From positions 111,042,001 to 111,106,000 of the forward strand of contig OZ024742.1 of the NCBI GenBank assembly GCA_964016885.1: DNA of 64,000 bases. Reading direction: 5' to 3'. Positions 23,695 to 38,076 of this stretch are shown piece by piece. The notes beneath the pieces were generated by a model that was given only the letters and a program-made list of their open reading frames with translations, did no database searches and was not told where the DNA came from. The DNA is from Eledone cirrhosa. Its lineage: Eukaryota. The position numbers and the translations under genes are program-made. Numbering within the stretch: position 1 is the stretch's first letter; each line of letters opens with the position of its first letter.

Positions 23695-24935
23695 TTAAGT
23701 GGTCTCCTGTGTTTGTTATATTCCTTTTTGTTGTAAAATGTGGTTCGGGTTGGTGGTTGTAGATTGAATGGGGTGTTCCTGTACTGCGAGTATGGGTGTG
23801 TGTTTCTATGTGCCATGTTGTATTGTGGTGTTATAAATGGCCTACGTTGTTGGTTGTATCGTGTGGTGTGGGTTTGTTGTGTATTGTGGAAGTGAGAGTT
23901 GAGAAAATGGTAATTACCTTGCTGTCCCCTTGAGGCGGGGAAGTTGTTGCATCTATCATGGCGGTGGTATCTTTTCCCTATGTTTGACGATGAGGAATCC
24001 GCGTAGTAGTTGAGTGATTTGGTATGGTGTCTCCTTGAAGGGGGAAAGTTGTAAATGTCATTCTGGGGGAGATGATTTCTTGGGTTTTTGTTCCTTCTTA
24101 TGGTAGCGAGGTTGGGAAGTTCATCTTCGGTGTGGTGCTTCCTTCTTCGTTTGTTTGAGGTTTGGGGGTTTGAGAAGTTGTTGTGCGGTTCAGTTATGGG
24201 TTTTCCTATTTTTATGAACGGGTTATTGGAGGTGTAATCCGTTTGAAAAGTCGATTCATAGTGTAGGAACCAAGCGGCACTTTTTTCCCAGCGTTGAAGG
24301 GATTTCAGTTCTTCTCTGTTGCAGTCCCCTTTCCATAATTTGGAGATCTTCTCTACCTTGGGGCCTTCAGTTTTGTTGTTGATTTCCAGGAGGATCTCTT
24401 CATCGATGGTTTTGATTTTTTCCTCATTTGTCTGGGCCCTCAGTTTAAGAAGTTCAATTTCTGTCTTCATTTTTTCCAATGCCATTCTTTCCCTAAGGTG
24501 TCTTTGAGGTTCGGGTTCATTTGGAATGGACTTTATTTGTAGTTTACGGGGGAGAGTTAGAGGGGTTGAGCTAAGCCATTTTTCATATATCTCTGCTTTG
24601 TTGTGATTTTGTATCATCTTCCAGAATGAGAACTTTCTGTCTCTGAGGGATTTGTTCCATTTTGGAATTGTTCGAATTTTCATTTTGTGTGAATCAATCT
24701 CACATGGTTCTTCGTTGGTTTTTCCTGGGTTGGTAGTAGTGAACATAGTTTGGATAGTATCGCAAAGGTTTTGGAGTTTGTCGCCGATTTCGGAGGGTTT
24801 GTATCCGGTGGCGGTTTCCTTATTTGTGGAGTCAAGTTTGTCGACCAGCAAAGATAGGTTGGTGTTGATTTTCTTGAGTTCCTGTAGGATCTCTTCATTT
24901 GAGTTGATGAGGGTTGTATCCGTTTTTGTTGGCAT
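23625..24935 (-). CDS. PLE ORF1 (436 aa from the ATG at 24935): coiled-coil N-terminal half, basic N/R/H-rich C-terminal half; function unknown
   Basis: Uninterrupted ORF between the upstream pLTR and ORF2; heptad-like segments EEILQELKKINTNLSLLVDKL and ERMALEKMKTEIELLKLRAQTNEEKIKTIDEEILLEI. The track's start at 24989 is a TTG. Confidence 0.8.
   Translation of the reverse strand: MPTKTDTTLINSNEEILQELKKINTNLSLLVDKLDSTNKETATGYKPSEIGDKLQNLCDTIQTMFTTTNPGKTNEEPCEIDSHKMKIRTIPKWNKSLRDRKFSFWKMIQNHNKAEIYEKWLSSTPLTLPRKLQIKSIPNEPEPQRHLRERMALEKMKTEIELLKLRAQTNEEKIKTIDEEILLEINNKTEGPKVEKISKLWKGDCNREELKSLQRWEKSAAWFLHYESTFQTDYTSNNPFIKIGKPITEPHNNFSNPQTSNKRRRKHHTEDELPNLATIRRNKNPRNHLPQNDIYNFPPSRRHHTKSLNYYADSSSSNIGKRYHRHDRCNNFPASRGQQGNYHFLNSHFHNTQQTHTTRYNQQRRPFITPQYNMAHRNTHPYSQYRNTPFNLQPPTRTTFYNKKEYNKHRRPLNISRQPLYPNHFLDTAHRYRQTK
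23658..23664 (-). promoter_or_regulatory. Candidate -1 ribosomal frameshift slippery heptamer U_UUU_UUA
   Basis: ORF1 codons CAT TTT TTA GAC; X_XXY_YYZ phasing is correct; lies in the 70-nt ORF1/ORF2 overlap; ORF2 is in the -1 frame. Confidence 0.65.
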
Positions 24936-24960
24936 TTTCTGTATCTCGTGTGAGGATATG

Positions 24961-26545
<1,585 letters not shown>

Positions 26546-27479
26546 CTGATTGACGAACGTTTCGATCAAGATAACAATATTCCGATTACATTTGATAAAA
26601 CATTTAAATTTTATGGAAGACTAAATACGTAATTAAAAATCTATTAGTAATAAAGATACCACGAGCAATAACCACAAATATTTTGCTAAACACATTACAC
26701 ACTGATACACATACACAACTAACATAAATAATAATGGTATAGGTATACAACTAGAGCATATAGGTTTATTCATACTTATTAATTGGAGCTGAAAATGTGC
26801 TCCTAGTGTATAATAAAATTAAACAAAAAATGAACTCTTCGTAGCAACCGTTTATTGAGAAGCGATATGTTCAATCCCGACTCCAGCTTTCGTACTATGT
26901 AGTTTTTAAACACAGATAAAACTTGCCCGATACAAAATTGTTATGTCATATTCGCAGACTGATACAAACAAATATGTCATATCTTGAGACTGATATAAAC
27001 AAAATGCGATTTAGAAACAGCCTGTTGCATCGAGCAAAAATACTGTTGTTATATATATCCCTGATAATATAAAAACCATTAAAAAATACATAGTTTGAAA
27101 ATAAAAATATAAATGTTTTATTGAGTATGGGAGATAGTGAGGGGCAGTGTGGGAGTGAAGAAACGTAACCTGAGAAAAGACGAGAAAAGAAGATGGAATA
27201 AGAAACGAAATGGCTGTAGAGGTTGGGAGAACCTGTGTATAATTTTCTTTTTATTTGATCAGAGCTAACTAAAATCTTGTTTTATTCATCTTATATGTAT
27301 AAACATATGTCAACTATACCTTACAAACAGAAGTTATAAAATGATGGAAATATGAGCAAAAAGATAAACAATTAAAAATGAAGAAAGGGGAGAAAGGAAA
27401 ACAAGGGCAGGTCTGGCTGTAAAAGAAAGTAGTGGAAATGAATATAAATGCCATAAATAGAGGGACAAGAAGGGGAAAA

Positions 27480-29720
27480 TCAAAGACTATTAGCAACTCT
27501 AAATCGCGGGGCTCCTTCCCCAGACGGGTTGCTGACGTTCCGATTTTACGGAGGAGCTCAGCACTACGAGGTCCAAGGACGCCTGAGGTCTCAACGGTGA
27601 CTAATGCGAAGAAGAATCTCCCGGACAAGCCCTGGTATTTTCTTGTCTTCCTATCTTCTGCATTCTTGTCCATAGTACCGGGCTTTGTGGCCGAAGCGAC
27701 TAAGCAGTAGGCTGAGAATGTGTCACAGCATGTGGCGTGCCAGATGAGGGTATCACCTCTTTCGAATGAGAGGAAGATAATTCCATTCAGGGCGCTTGTC
27801 GTCTCTGCAGTCGCGGCCTTCTGGATCCAGTTGCGAAAAGAAGCCAGTTGCATCCAAGTACCTTCTCGATATTTCGTTGAGAGTGGCATGTCCGTGGAAC
27901 CTGGTTGCGCTCTGGTGGCATGACAGTGGGTACAGGCATATCTTGTCTAAGACAGCCACGCCACAACATATTCCGATGCGAGTACAATCATCATAGAGAA
28001 TAGTACCGGTTGATGATGAGGGCACTGAATTGAACCGTGCACCGTTGTTTGTCTACGAAGGTGATTGGAGGCAGGCATGTTGGCTTTGGTCCCAGCTAGA
28101 CTCGATCCGCCTGAAGGAAGAGTTGCTCTTAATATCGTCCCAGTTACGTTGGACATTTGTATAATCGAGAACAGAGAGACCTTGGCCTGACCAGTCGACC
28201 AGAGACTGCTCAGGTACCGGGACAACGTCAGGTTCGTCCGTTTTGCAGAGGACCTTGCTGACGAGGGTTTGACTGGAGGAGACTGAGGAAAGGTAGACTG
28301 ACAATGCCACATCCGAAGTGGATCTGAGACTGAAGCCACCAAAACTCATTGGGTGCTTCGCTCGTTGTCAAACGGTATTGTTGAAAGTGACATTGCAAAT
28401 GACTGCTGCACAGCGTCGGATTGTGGCGTCGAATTCACCGAGGTAAACGGTTTGAAGGTGATAAGGTGCAGCGTAAACAAAGCTTTTGGGAGCGCGAAGC
28501 AGTTCCCCAAGAGGAAGGTTACCGTGTGAGCGTCAACGAGGTGCATCCTCTCTGCAATTTGAATAAGGTCTGCGTGCTGGGTCTCTAGGAACTCGCGTAT
28601 AATTTCGAGAGAATTGGAGAGCCGAGGATTTAGGCGGTGCCATTTGGCGCTAGCCGAGATCCGGACAATCCGGGCCGGGATGGAGGCTGAGTACGGTGTT
28701 GTGGAATTCAGCTTTTCCGTAGCTAACATTTATCATTACAGACTTTGATGGGTCTATCGCCTATACGAGGAGCTTTAGAGCTGTTATGATTAGACGAAGA
28801 CCCTTAACTAGCATCTCAGCCGAGCAGCCCGGGGTTATTTCATTCAGGTACCCTACGTTGAGAGTGAACGGACAGAACAGGCCGAGTGAGACCCCTTGCT
28901 GGAAGTAGCCTTGTTGATGGGTGACGAATGATCTGCTTGCTTTATAAAATGCCTGGCCACACGAGTTGCAGCCTCACCACCTCACTTGATTCCCATTCCG
29001 AGCTGGACAGGGCTTAGCACCTCGCTCAGGTCGTCTTTGACTGACTTGCAGGCAATCTTGGCTGCAAGTCATCAGAAGACGTTTCCCACTGCGATGTGGC
29101 CAAACGCCTCCGTCATTCTTCGTCAGAGTGGTGTGATGGCTGAGATGAAAAGATCGCGAGCATAGCAGACAAGTTGGTGCGGAGATGACAGTTGGTGAGG
29201 GCTTGATCGACTGAAGTAATCAGGCTCCTGCCTCAGCAGCGTGAGGCTAGTTAAAATATCTGAGGTGGCCGGGCGCAGAGCATCCAGTCCGACACTGTTG
29301 CTCATGGGAAGGAACTCAGGGCAATTTGTAGGTCTTCAATGGCTGCAGCTAGGGAAAGATTACTGGCCGGGGCTAGGAGGTACCTGATCTCATCTGGGAG
29401 GTCCGGGTTTTTTGTGGTGAAGCGCTGATAGGACATTTGGTGTGGGCCGGAATATACTGTCGCTCGAGGAATACATACGTACGGTAGCCAAAACGTCGAC
29501 CTCCAATAGTTTGAGGTGGACTATGTCCTAGAGATCGTTCATGCAGTCGGAATTTGTGAGTGTGCGTTGTGACGACAATGGTGGGCAGTACGAGGTAGGT
29601 GGAGGCTTTCAGAAAGAAGCATTATTGCCCTTGAGCCTCGAAGTCAGGAGGAGGCCCAAACTCTTCCTAGCAGTCGGGTTCCTTGTTATCGGGATGCCGA
29701 GTGCGAGGGTTGCAGAACCG
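27480..29720 (-). mobile_element. Decayed CRE-clade non-LTR retrotransposon (RT + restriction-like endonuclease)
   Basis: RLE: LIWHATCCDTF...AEDRKTRKY...FALVTVETSGVLGP; RT remnants GNVF..LAAK, PVQLG and QQGVSLG; many stops and frameshifts. Confidence 0.8.
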
Positions 29721-30573
29721 AACATTTTAATTACAAATCACTTCGTATTATCAACCGTTAGTGCCTACAGATAAAGCAGACTTATGTCTAGCATGTATGA
29801 AACACATAGCGTTGCATCTGATTCCTTTCTCCTGCCTTCATAATTTCCTTCTGGTTAGCGATTTGGTGTATTTTGTAATGGAAATAACATCACCATATCG
29901 AATTCCTTATTCCTTGAAACACATTCGTTAAATAACATGATTCCTGCAGCTTCTTTCTTCCGGTTGAGTTCATTTTATTTTGATTATGTCATACGTGCAT
30001 TTGAGAAATGTATTACGCCTTAGCTTAACATTTTTGTATGATACCATAGTATGACTGATAGAGAAGCAAGTGATATTTAATTTCATTCAATAATTCCGCA
30101 ATATTCACATGCGCTAGCCTTTAGCATGAAATCTTTCAGCACATAATGTGTAGCCGTAAGGCGTCGTGTATTTGTAGTATTATTAATAACAAACTATCTG
30201 TATCGATCGTAATAATAGCATTAATTTTCTGTTAATATCATCGTATTGATTGAACAGTCCGATCCGTTCATTGGTGTATAATATATCAATAAACGTGAAA
30301 ATATTAATTGTTTCATATGCTAATGGTAATCGATATCAATGACATATACATTTCATTTGTAAGATAAGGAATAAATCTTAGTATGACCTCCAGTGTCTAT
30401 ATAGCCATTAATTACTAAACAATATTGAAGAAAACGAGATCACATAAATCAGTAACGAAGTGCAAATATGTTTTCAACAACTATAACCTTTAACTAGAAA
30501 TAATTTTTGATTTACTTCACCCAGGCTCATGTGTAATGTTGTGTAGGTGTTAGATATAGTCAATATAGCTGAC

Positions 30574-30939
30574 CTTTATATATATGAGTAGACCATACAT
30601 TATTGGCAAACAGCAGCGTAAACTGAGCCAAAATAAAATAGAAAATATCAATGAGGACGGTTGAGGAATTTAGCCTGTGACGACAATGAGTGCAATAAAC
30701 ATTGCAGTAGCCTACTATAGCTGGTATGCTAGAATACTTTACAAACTAATTTTTCAATATGAATAAAATAAAAATCATATGCGGTGCTTAGATTATAGAA
30801 GAGGTTACCACAGCCTAAGATATAGAAACTTGATATTTTAAAAGAATATCCAATGGAAATAGTGTTAACCCCAGAGCAAATCATGAAAACTCCCCAGAAA
30901 TACCCAGTGTGGGCTGAAGAAACAACATGCAATTGAATT
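30574..30939 (-). pseudogene. Possible decayed exon of a multi-pass (MS4A/CD20-like) membrane-protein gene
   Basis: Strong acceptor ctttcattttcag|, possible donor AAG|gtcagc; reads IQLHVVSSAHTGYFWGVFMICSGVNTISIGYSFKISSFYIL-(frameshift)-AVVTSSII*APHMIFILFILKN*FVKYSSIPAIVGYCNVYCTHCRHRLNSSTVLIDIFYFILAQFTLLFANNVWS. Confidence 0.3.
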
Positions 30940-31544
30940 CTGAAAATGAAAGATACACACATGCATATCCACGCTATCGGACCCATAGGTCCCGCCACGC
31001 AAAAGATATAGCTTTCCATGCGCACAACATGCATAAAAACGCATACGCTTATATCATACACGCATATATCTCCATCCATACGCCATATCTATGAAAAACA
31101 GTGGCAGCTAACGCCACCCAGTAGTGTCCGGCAGAAGCAAGGGGGACAATCGTCAATGCATTTCAAACGCAACTGGTCCGTGTCAGGACGATCTCTCCCG
31201 CTCTTGCAACTGCTGGACTCTGAAAACAGGCGAAAATATATAGTTTTTTCGTCTGTGTAAATGAGGTGATTAATCTCATTTGCCTATGAAGCTGTATTTG
31301 ATGGCTCAAATTATGATAGAATAGAATTAGAATTTAGCTTCGAACATAGCTGTATACAAATATGTATATGTTTATAAATAAACATTTAGAATGCCATAGC
31401 TATGAAAAACACATTGGCAGCTAACGCCACCCAGCGGTGTCTGGCAGAAGCAGGCGTCTTTATGTGCCTGCGTGTATGACTGTGTCAGCGTGCTTGCTTG
31501 TGATGTGCATTTACACATATATATATATATATATACGTATAAAC

Positions 31545-33042
31545 CACCGAATACATTTTGTAACCTCTGTCTTCTAGAGACCTGCACTATAATCTATTCT
31601 AAACTAGACCTCTTAAATAGAAAATCAGAGATTTTTCCATGTGCCAACACTACTATCGACACTCTTTCCATAACTTTAAACCTAGCTGCTAGTATATAAC
31701 AATGTCAGATCTGGATTCTTCAGCACTATTAACACTTCACCTCTAGGTCTTATCAGCATATACTTACCCCACACAGTATCACACTCTATGATCAGCTCAT
31801 TCCTCTACTTAACTCCCATTTATCTCTAACCTTATACTCTACAATAACTATTAGGAATAAACATAAAGTTACCACCATTTAATATAACTACTATAGCTTA
31901 CTTACATTATATTCAGTAATGGATAGATAATAATACAATGAGACCTTTAATGTATTATAGGAAAATAAATTATATTCATAATTAAATATATAAATTAATA
32001 GCATTATATATAAGGGATTCACTTATAACATAGTTTAATGTATATTAATAACACAAGAGATTTAACTAATTGGAGCTGTAAACAACTATACATTTTTTCT
32101 ATAGCTTACTTATATTTTATTCAGGAATGGATAGATTACAATATAATGGGACCTTTAATGTATTATAGGAAAATAGATTATATTTAAAATTAAATATAAA
32201 TAAATAGCATTATATAAAAGGGTTTCACTTGTAACACAATATAATGTATATTAGCACAAGGAACTTAACTAATTGGAGTTGTAAACAACTATACATGTTT
32301 CTGTTTTTTTTTATCATGTACAAATTAATCGCTAATTACCTCCCCTTTCACATTAGCTCCCCTTAATATAGATTTCAAACTCACTTCCGGAAATTAAACC
32401 GTTAGAAGAATCACTCCAGAACAACTCGAACCCGGGATAACAGTATAATAGGACCAATATACAATCAATAGATGTATCTTATTATAAACATTCACTAAAA
32501 TAAAATATAACCAATGTAATGGAAAAGATAACAATAATAATAATACTCTCAACATATGCACATTTTAATATTACAGAAACAATTATCACAATACATCCAA
32601 CATAAACTCATAATTTTAATACACAAACACTTTTGCCTGCTTGATATACTTGTAAACCTATGTTAATTTATGTGATACCTTTGCCATGCAGTAATTATAT
32701 ATGCCTAGTACCATTGCTTGTTTCCTACCTAACTGTCCTGTATATGCCTAACGCATTTGCACTATCTATACTGCTTTAATTATTATACTATTCTCTTGTA
32801 ATCTCTGTTACATGCATTCCACTCTGTGCCTCTTTAATTATTATACAATTCTCTTGAAATCTCTGTAAATACGAAACTGTTGATGACAACATAAAAATCC
32901 ATGTATCTATATGATTGTCCAGTTGAATAGGAAGTTAATTATATGTCCAAACTTTGCTAGTGCTCTGAGGTTCCCAACGAAAGTTTGGAAGAAACGATTG
33001 TCAGCAATAAAATGATTTGAACATAGTTTTGATTATTGTGTA

Positions 33043-33045
<3 letters not shown>
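31545..33045 (+). mobile_element. Hydra-clade-like PLE 3' fragment with long AT-rich 3' UTR
   Basis: FCNLCLLETCTIIYSKLDLLNRKSEIF matches the 53824 ORF; ~210-bp tandem duplication at 31890-32300; degenerate HHR at 32961-33006 (tgct-CTGAGG-ttcccaac(gaaa)gtttggaa-GAA-AC-gatt-GT-C-agca) followed by aataaaa. Confidence 0.75.
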
Positions 33046-33130
<85 letters not shown>

Positions 33131-33132
<2 letters not shown>

Positions 33133-33424
33133 GGAAAAAATGAAACGAAATTTCATTTCCCACTCTTAGTATGGCTGTTACTTAAATATAAGTATGTTCA
33201 CGTACATACATATATGTATACAGACGTACAGTAGTATGTATATATATATACATACATGCACACATATATATATATATGTACGTATGGATTCACCGAACAT
33301 TTATTATAATGCTCGGTGTGTTTGTAAACAAACATCCCGTATTAACTCATAGTGTCCAGCAACCATCGTTGCTCGTTTGTTCAACACTGACATATGTATA
33401 CATATATGTATGTACGTGTACATA

Positions 33425-33430
<6 letters not shown>
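33131..33430 (-). mobile_element. Partial copy of the 15815-16640 retrozyme-like family with a short inversion
   Basis: Reverse complement of ~16013-16283; 33391-33430 switches to plus orientation. Confidence 0.8.
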
Positions 33431-33459
<29 letters not shown>

Positions 33460-33465
<6 letters not shown>

Positions 33466-34483
33466 AAGTGAGTCCTTCATCAGTGACCCTCCAACCGTCC
33501 TAGGCATTTCATCGCTTTAAGGGCCATATACCTCAGGTCGGTGCGAACAACGGCTAAAAAAAGTCGTTAGGACACGTAAATAAAGAGGACGTTAGGGTGA
33601 ACAAACAAAATGGTTTAAGCAACAGAAAGTGAGAAGAAAGAGACAAGTCCCAGATTTCTATGAATATAAACTCGATAAAATCGTGAACTAGAGAATAAAG
33701 ACCATCAAACCTGGTTGAAATGTGAGCAAGGAAGGAATTTCGCACAGGTCTAACGGGGGGAAGAAGAAGGGGTCTGGTCTGCGAATTCGGTAAACATAAG
33801 TTCTGTGAAGACGCAGACGAGAGAGAGAGAGAAAAAAAATTTCATACCGGCTTAGCCAAGAGTGCGCGAGAAAAGAAATCGGACAGGTCAAGCGGGAAGA
33901 AAGACGAGAGGAGGAGAGGCAGTGACAGGGTATAAGTGAGTGAAAGTTGAGGAAGAGGCTAACAGAGAGAGAGACTGCTAGAAAGGGTAAAGATACAAGG
34001 AACGAAACAGACGGGTGGCAGCAAAGTAAAAAATATATGTGTAAATATGATAATAATGGAGCTGCGGCGTTGCAAATGGGATACATATGAAAAAGTGAGT
34101 CCTTCATCAGTGACCCTCCAACCGTCCTAGGCATTTCATCGCTTTAAGGGCCATATACCTCAGGTTGGTGCGAACAACGGCTAAAAAAAGTCGTTGGGAC
34201 ACGTAAATAAAGAGAACGTTAGGGTGAACAAACAAAATGGTTTAAGCAACAGAAAGTGAGAAGAAAGAGACAAGTCCCAGATTTCTATGAATATAAACTC
34301 GATAAAATCACCCTAACGTTCTCTTTATTTACGTGTCCCAACGACTTTTTTTAGCCGTTGTTCGCACCAACCTGAGGTATATGGCCCTTAAAGCGATGAA
34401 ATGCCTAGGACGGTTGGAGGGTCACGGATGAAGGACTCACTTTTTCATATGTAACCCATTTGCAACGCCGCAGCTCCATTATT

Positions 34484-34485
<2 letters not shown>
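33460..34485 (-). mobile_element. Non-coding PLE-type insertion: direct repeats 33460-33681 and 34086-34308 plus inverted copy 34309-34485
   Basis: Near-identical ~220-bp direct repeats ~627 bp apart and a terminal inversion, flanked by (TA)n; only degenerate HHR-like cores. Confidence 0.75.
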
Positions 34486-34560
<75 letters not shown>

Positions 34561-34563
<3 letters not shown>

Positions 34564-34768
34564 TGGTTACACACCATTTAGTTCACCATACCGAGAACAA
34601 CTGTTTCATTTAGCGGATCCTCTCGGAATGGGCCATACCGAGCTGAGGATCCGCTAAGGTGAAACAATTGTTCTCGGTATGGTGAACTAACTGTTGTGTA
34701 ACCACTTCTACCTAACTCGTCCCTTGGACTGAGTGCTCTACGGATATTACCTTCCAATGTTCCACCAC

Positions 34769-34772
<4 letters not shown>
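34561..34772 (+). mobile_element. Short pLTR-end insertion forming a ~147-bp fold-back (34561-34707)
   Basis: Arms aagtggttacac...ggatcctc and gaggatcc...gtgtaaccactt; flanked by (TA)n. Confidence 0.8.
34633..34682 (+). ncRNA. Type I hammerhead ribozyme
   Basis: ccataccgag-CTGAGGA-tcc(gctaa)ggt-GAA-A-caattg-T-T-ctcggtatgg; 10-bp stem I and palindromic acaattgt. Confidence 0.85.
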
Positions 34773-34803
<31 letters not shown>

Positions 34804-36006
34804 CACACGCATAGATATATACATATTTATATATATATGTGTGTGTGTATGTTTGTTTGTGTGTGTTTGTGTGTGTGTCTGTATGTGTATGTGTATGTGT
34901 GTGTGTGTCTGTGAATGTGCATGTGTCACATCCTATGATATCAGAATTGCAGTAATAACAATTGTGATCACAGACGAAACAATCACATTCCGATTTGATT
35001 TGAAGAGGGCTTCTTTTAGTAAGAAGTATAAAATTAAAATAGGTCGTTATAAGTATGTTGTTTGTATATTGACTAGATAGATTAATTTTAGTATGTGGTT
35101 GTTCTAATATGCATCCGTTCTATGTTAGACGATTATTCCATAAGACTGATGTAGATAAATGAGTTTGTTGAATAAATTAGCGTATCTAGCTAGAAATAAA
35201 ACATGTATTAAATTAACAGCTGCCTACATACCTTAACGTCTCCAGTTGATAAGAATGAAGCTACTGACTTCATTTGTCTATTAGATAGTATTAGTCTGGA
35301 ATGCTGTATTCACACGTTCAAGCAGAAGAGATAGCACAATCAAGATAGGATATAAAACAAGAAAACGAACATATGAAGCTGTTACTGCTATGCCAATAAC
35401 TTACGATAAATAAATGACAATATAAAAACCCACGCACACACTGACACATTCACACAACACACACACACAACACACACACAACACACACAGACACACACAC
35501 ACACACTCTTTAGTCATATTTTAAATACTTGACAGGAATCAAAATTATAGTCATTTATATACATAAATAAATATACAATGAAGAAATATTTCTGAAAATA
35601 TATTTTATCTTTCAAACATTTTACGTTGTCGACAATCTATCTGTCTTTAATCAATATAAATGTATAAATGTGTCATTTTCATTGATAAAATTTAGTCTAT
35701 TTAACTAATGTTTTGTCATCTGTATGCACTTATATACACTCTCACATTAAGAAATACACATAGTCTCAGTAATTTTTATATTTTATTTCATATGCGCTGC
35801 CTGTTCAGAAGCTAGATTTGTATTCTCTGGGTTCGATCGCCATGTGGGTAGGCTGATGGCCTACTTGTTCCCTTCAGTAGGCTTATATGCCCTGTTGTTA
35901 TCTTATTTAGTCGGTTATGGCGAAATATCTCGTAATTCAATTTGTATATGTATATATAAACACACACACCCACCCACACACATATATATACACACACACA
36001 CACACG

Positions 36007-36067
<61 letters not shown>

Positions 36068-36267
36068 GTATACATAAATATATATATATAAATATATATT
36101 GTTATACTTTGGGAGGGTCATGTTGCCAATAAGAAACACACGCACCAGTGCTTTCACTTCAATTTATTATATATTTATAAATTTGTAAATTTACAAATCT
36201 ACAAACTTATAACTTATAAATTTCTGGTTGGTTGTTTGGTTCCACAACCAGATAGTTGTTTATATAT

Positions 36268-36312
36268 AGTCATAGTCCTTTCGTCACACACTCTGTGACC
36301 TCTTCAGTGACT
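36268..36312 (-). ncRNA. Minimal type I hammerhead ribozyme
   Basis: Minus strand: agtca-CTGAAGA-g-gtcac(agagtgt)gtgac-GAA-A-ggac-T-A-tgact. Confidence 0.82.
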
Positions 36313-36607
36313 GGGGATTCTTTCTTTGTTTCTGTGCCTTTCCTTTCTTCTATCCTACGCCATTTTGTTTCTGTGTGTGTGTTGTGTGCTCAGTTTGCGC
36401 ATGCGCCACATCCGGGTGTCTGTGTGTGTTTGTGTTCATTTATCTATTTGTTTATTTATTTATTTATTTATTGTTGGTTGGTTGTTTGTTCTATGTGTGT
36501 GTGTGTTTTCATTTTGTCCTGTGTGTGTTTTCATTTTGTGTGTGTTTTCAATTTGACCTTAATTGTAAGTTGTTTGTTCTATGTGTGTGTGTGTTTTCAT
36601 TTTGTCC

Positions 36608-36960
36608 TTAATTGTAAGTTGTGATGCTGCTGTTCCACTCATATTTTCTATTTAATTTTGGTTTTAATTCTTTTATGCTTACTGCCTCTGTAATTTGCCT
36701 AAACATTGCGTCTTTTCTGTGTGTGGATTCTATTTTTATTTCTATGCTCTCTAATCTACCCCTGTGTTCTATCTTAGCATGTTGGTAGAGCACAGATGAT
36801 TCTTTATTATCTTGGAGGTGTCGCCAGTGTTCATTTATTCGTTCCCCTATACTACGAGCTGTCTCACCTATGTACACTATATTTTTGTTTCTACATTGTC
36901 CTTAAGTACATCTTATGCTATACACTACATTTCTAGTTTTACAGTTAATATGGGGGCTTA
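36608..36960 (-). pseudogene. PLE GIY-YIG endonuclease fragment
   Basis: YIGETARSIGERINEH...SVLYQHAKIEH...RQITEAVSI...LNRKYEWN, with upstream C...NVV.SIRC..GQC. Confidence 0.85.
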
Positions 36961-37123
36961 TTTTACAGGTTATGCATTTCTTATCTATACATGAATAAAT
37001 TGAAGTGAAAGCAACTGGTGCGTGTGTTTCTTATTGGCAACATGACCCTCCCAAAGTATAACAATATCGGTTTCAACACACGATTTCAGATAAAGAATCT
37101 TGCTAAACGAATTCAGAAACGAA

Positions 37124-37160
<37 letters not shown>

Positions 37161-37243
37161 GTAATTCCGTCGGAGAAGCAAATTTTGTTTGCTTTCAAGA
37201 AACTACTGGTATATGAAATAATTACCTTATGTTGTTTATTACA

Positions 37244-37993
<750 letters not shown>

Positions 37994-38018
37994 TATACAC
38001 ACACACATATACACACAT

Positions 38019-38074
<56 letters not shown>

Positions 38075-38076
<2 letters not shown>

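Larger units (their letters stand above)
36095..37125 (-). mobile_element. 5'-truncated PLE with inverted pLTR
   Basis: GIY-YIG remnant and HHR at 36268; 36095-36168 is the reverse complement of 36994-37067. Confidence 0.85.
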
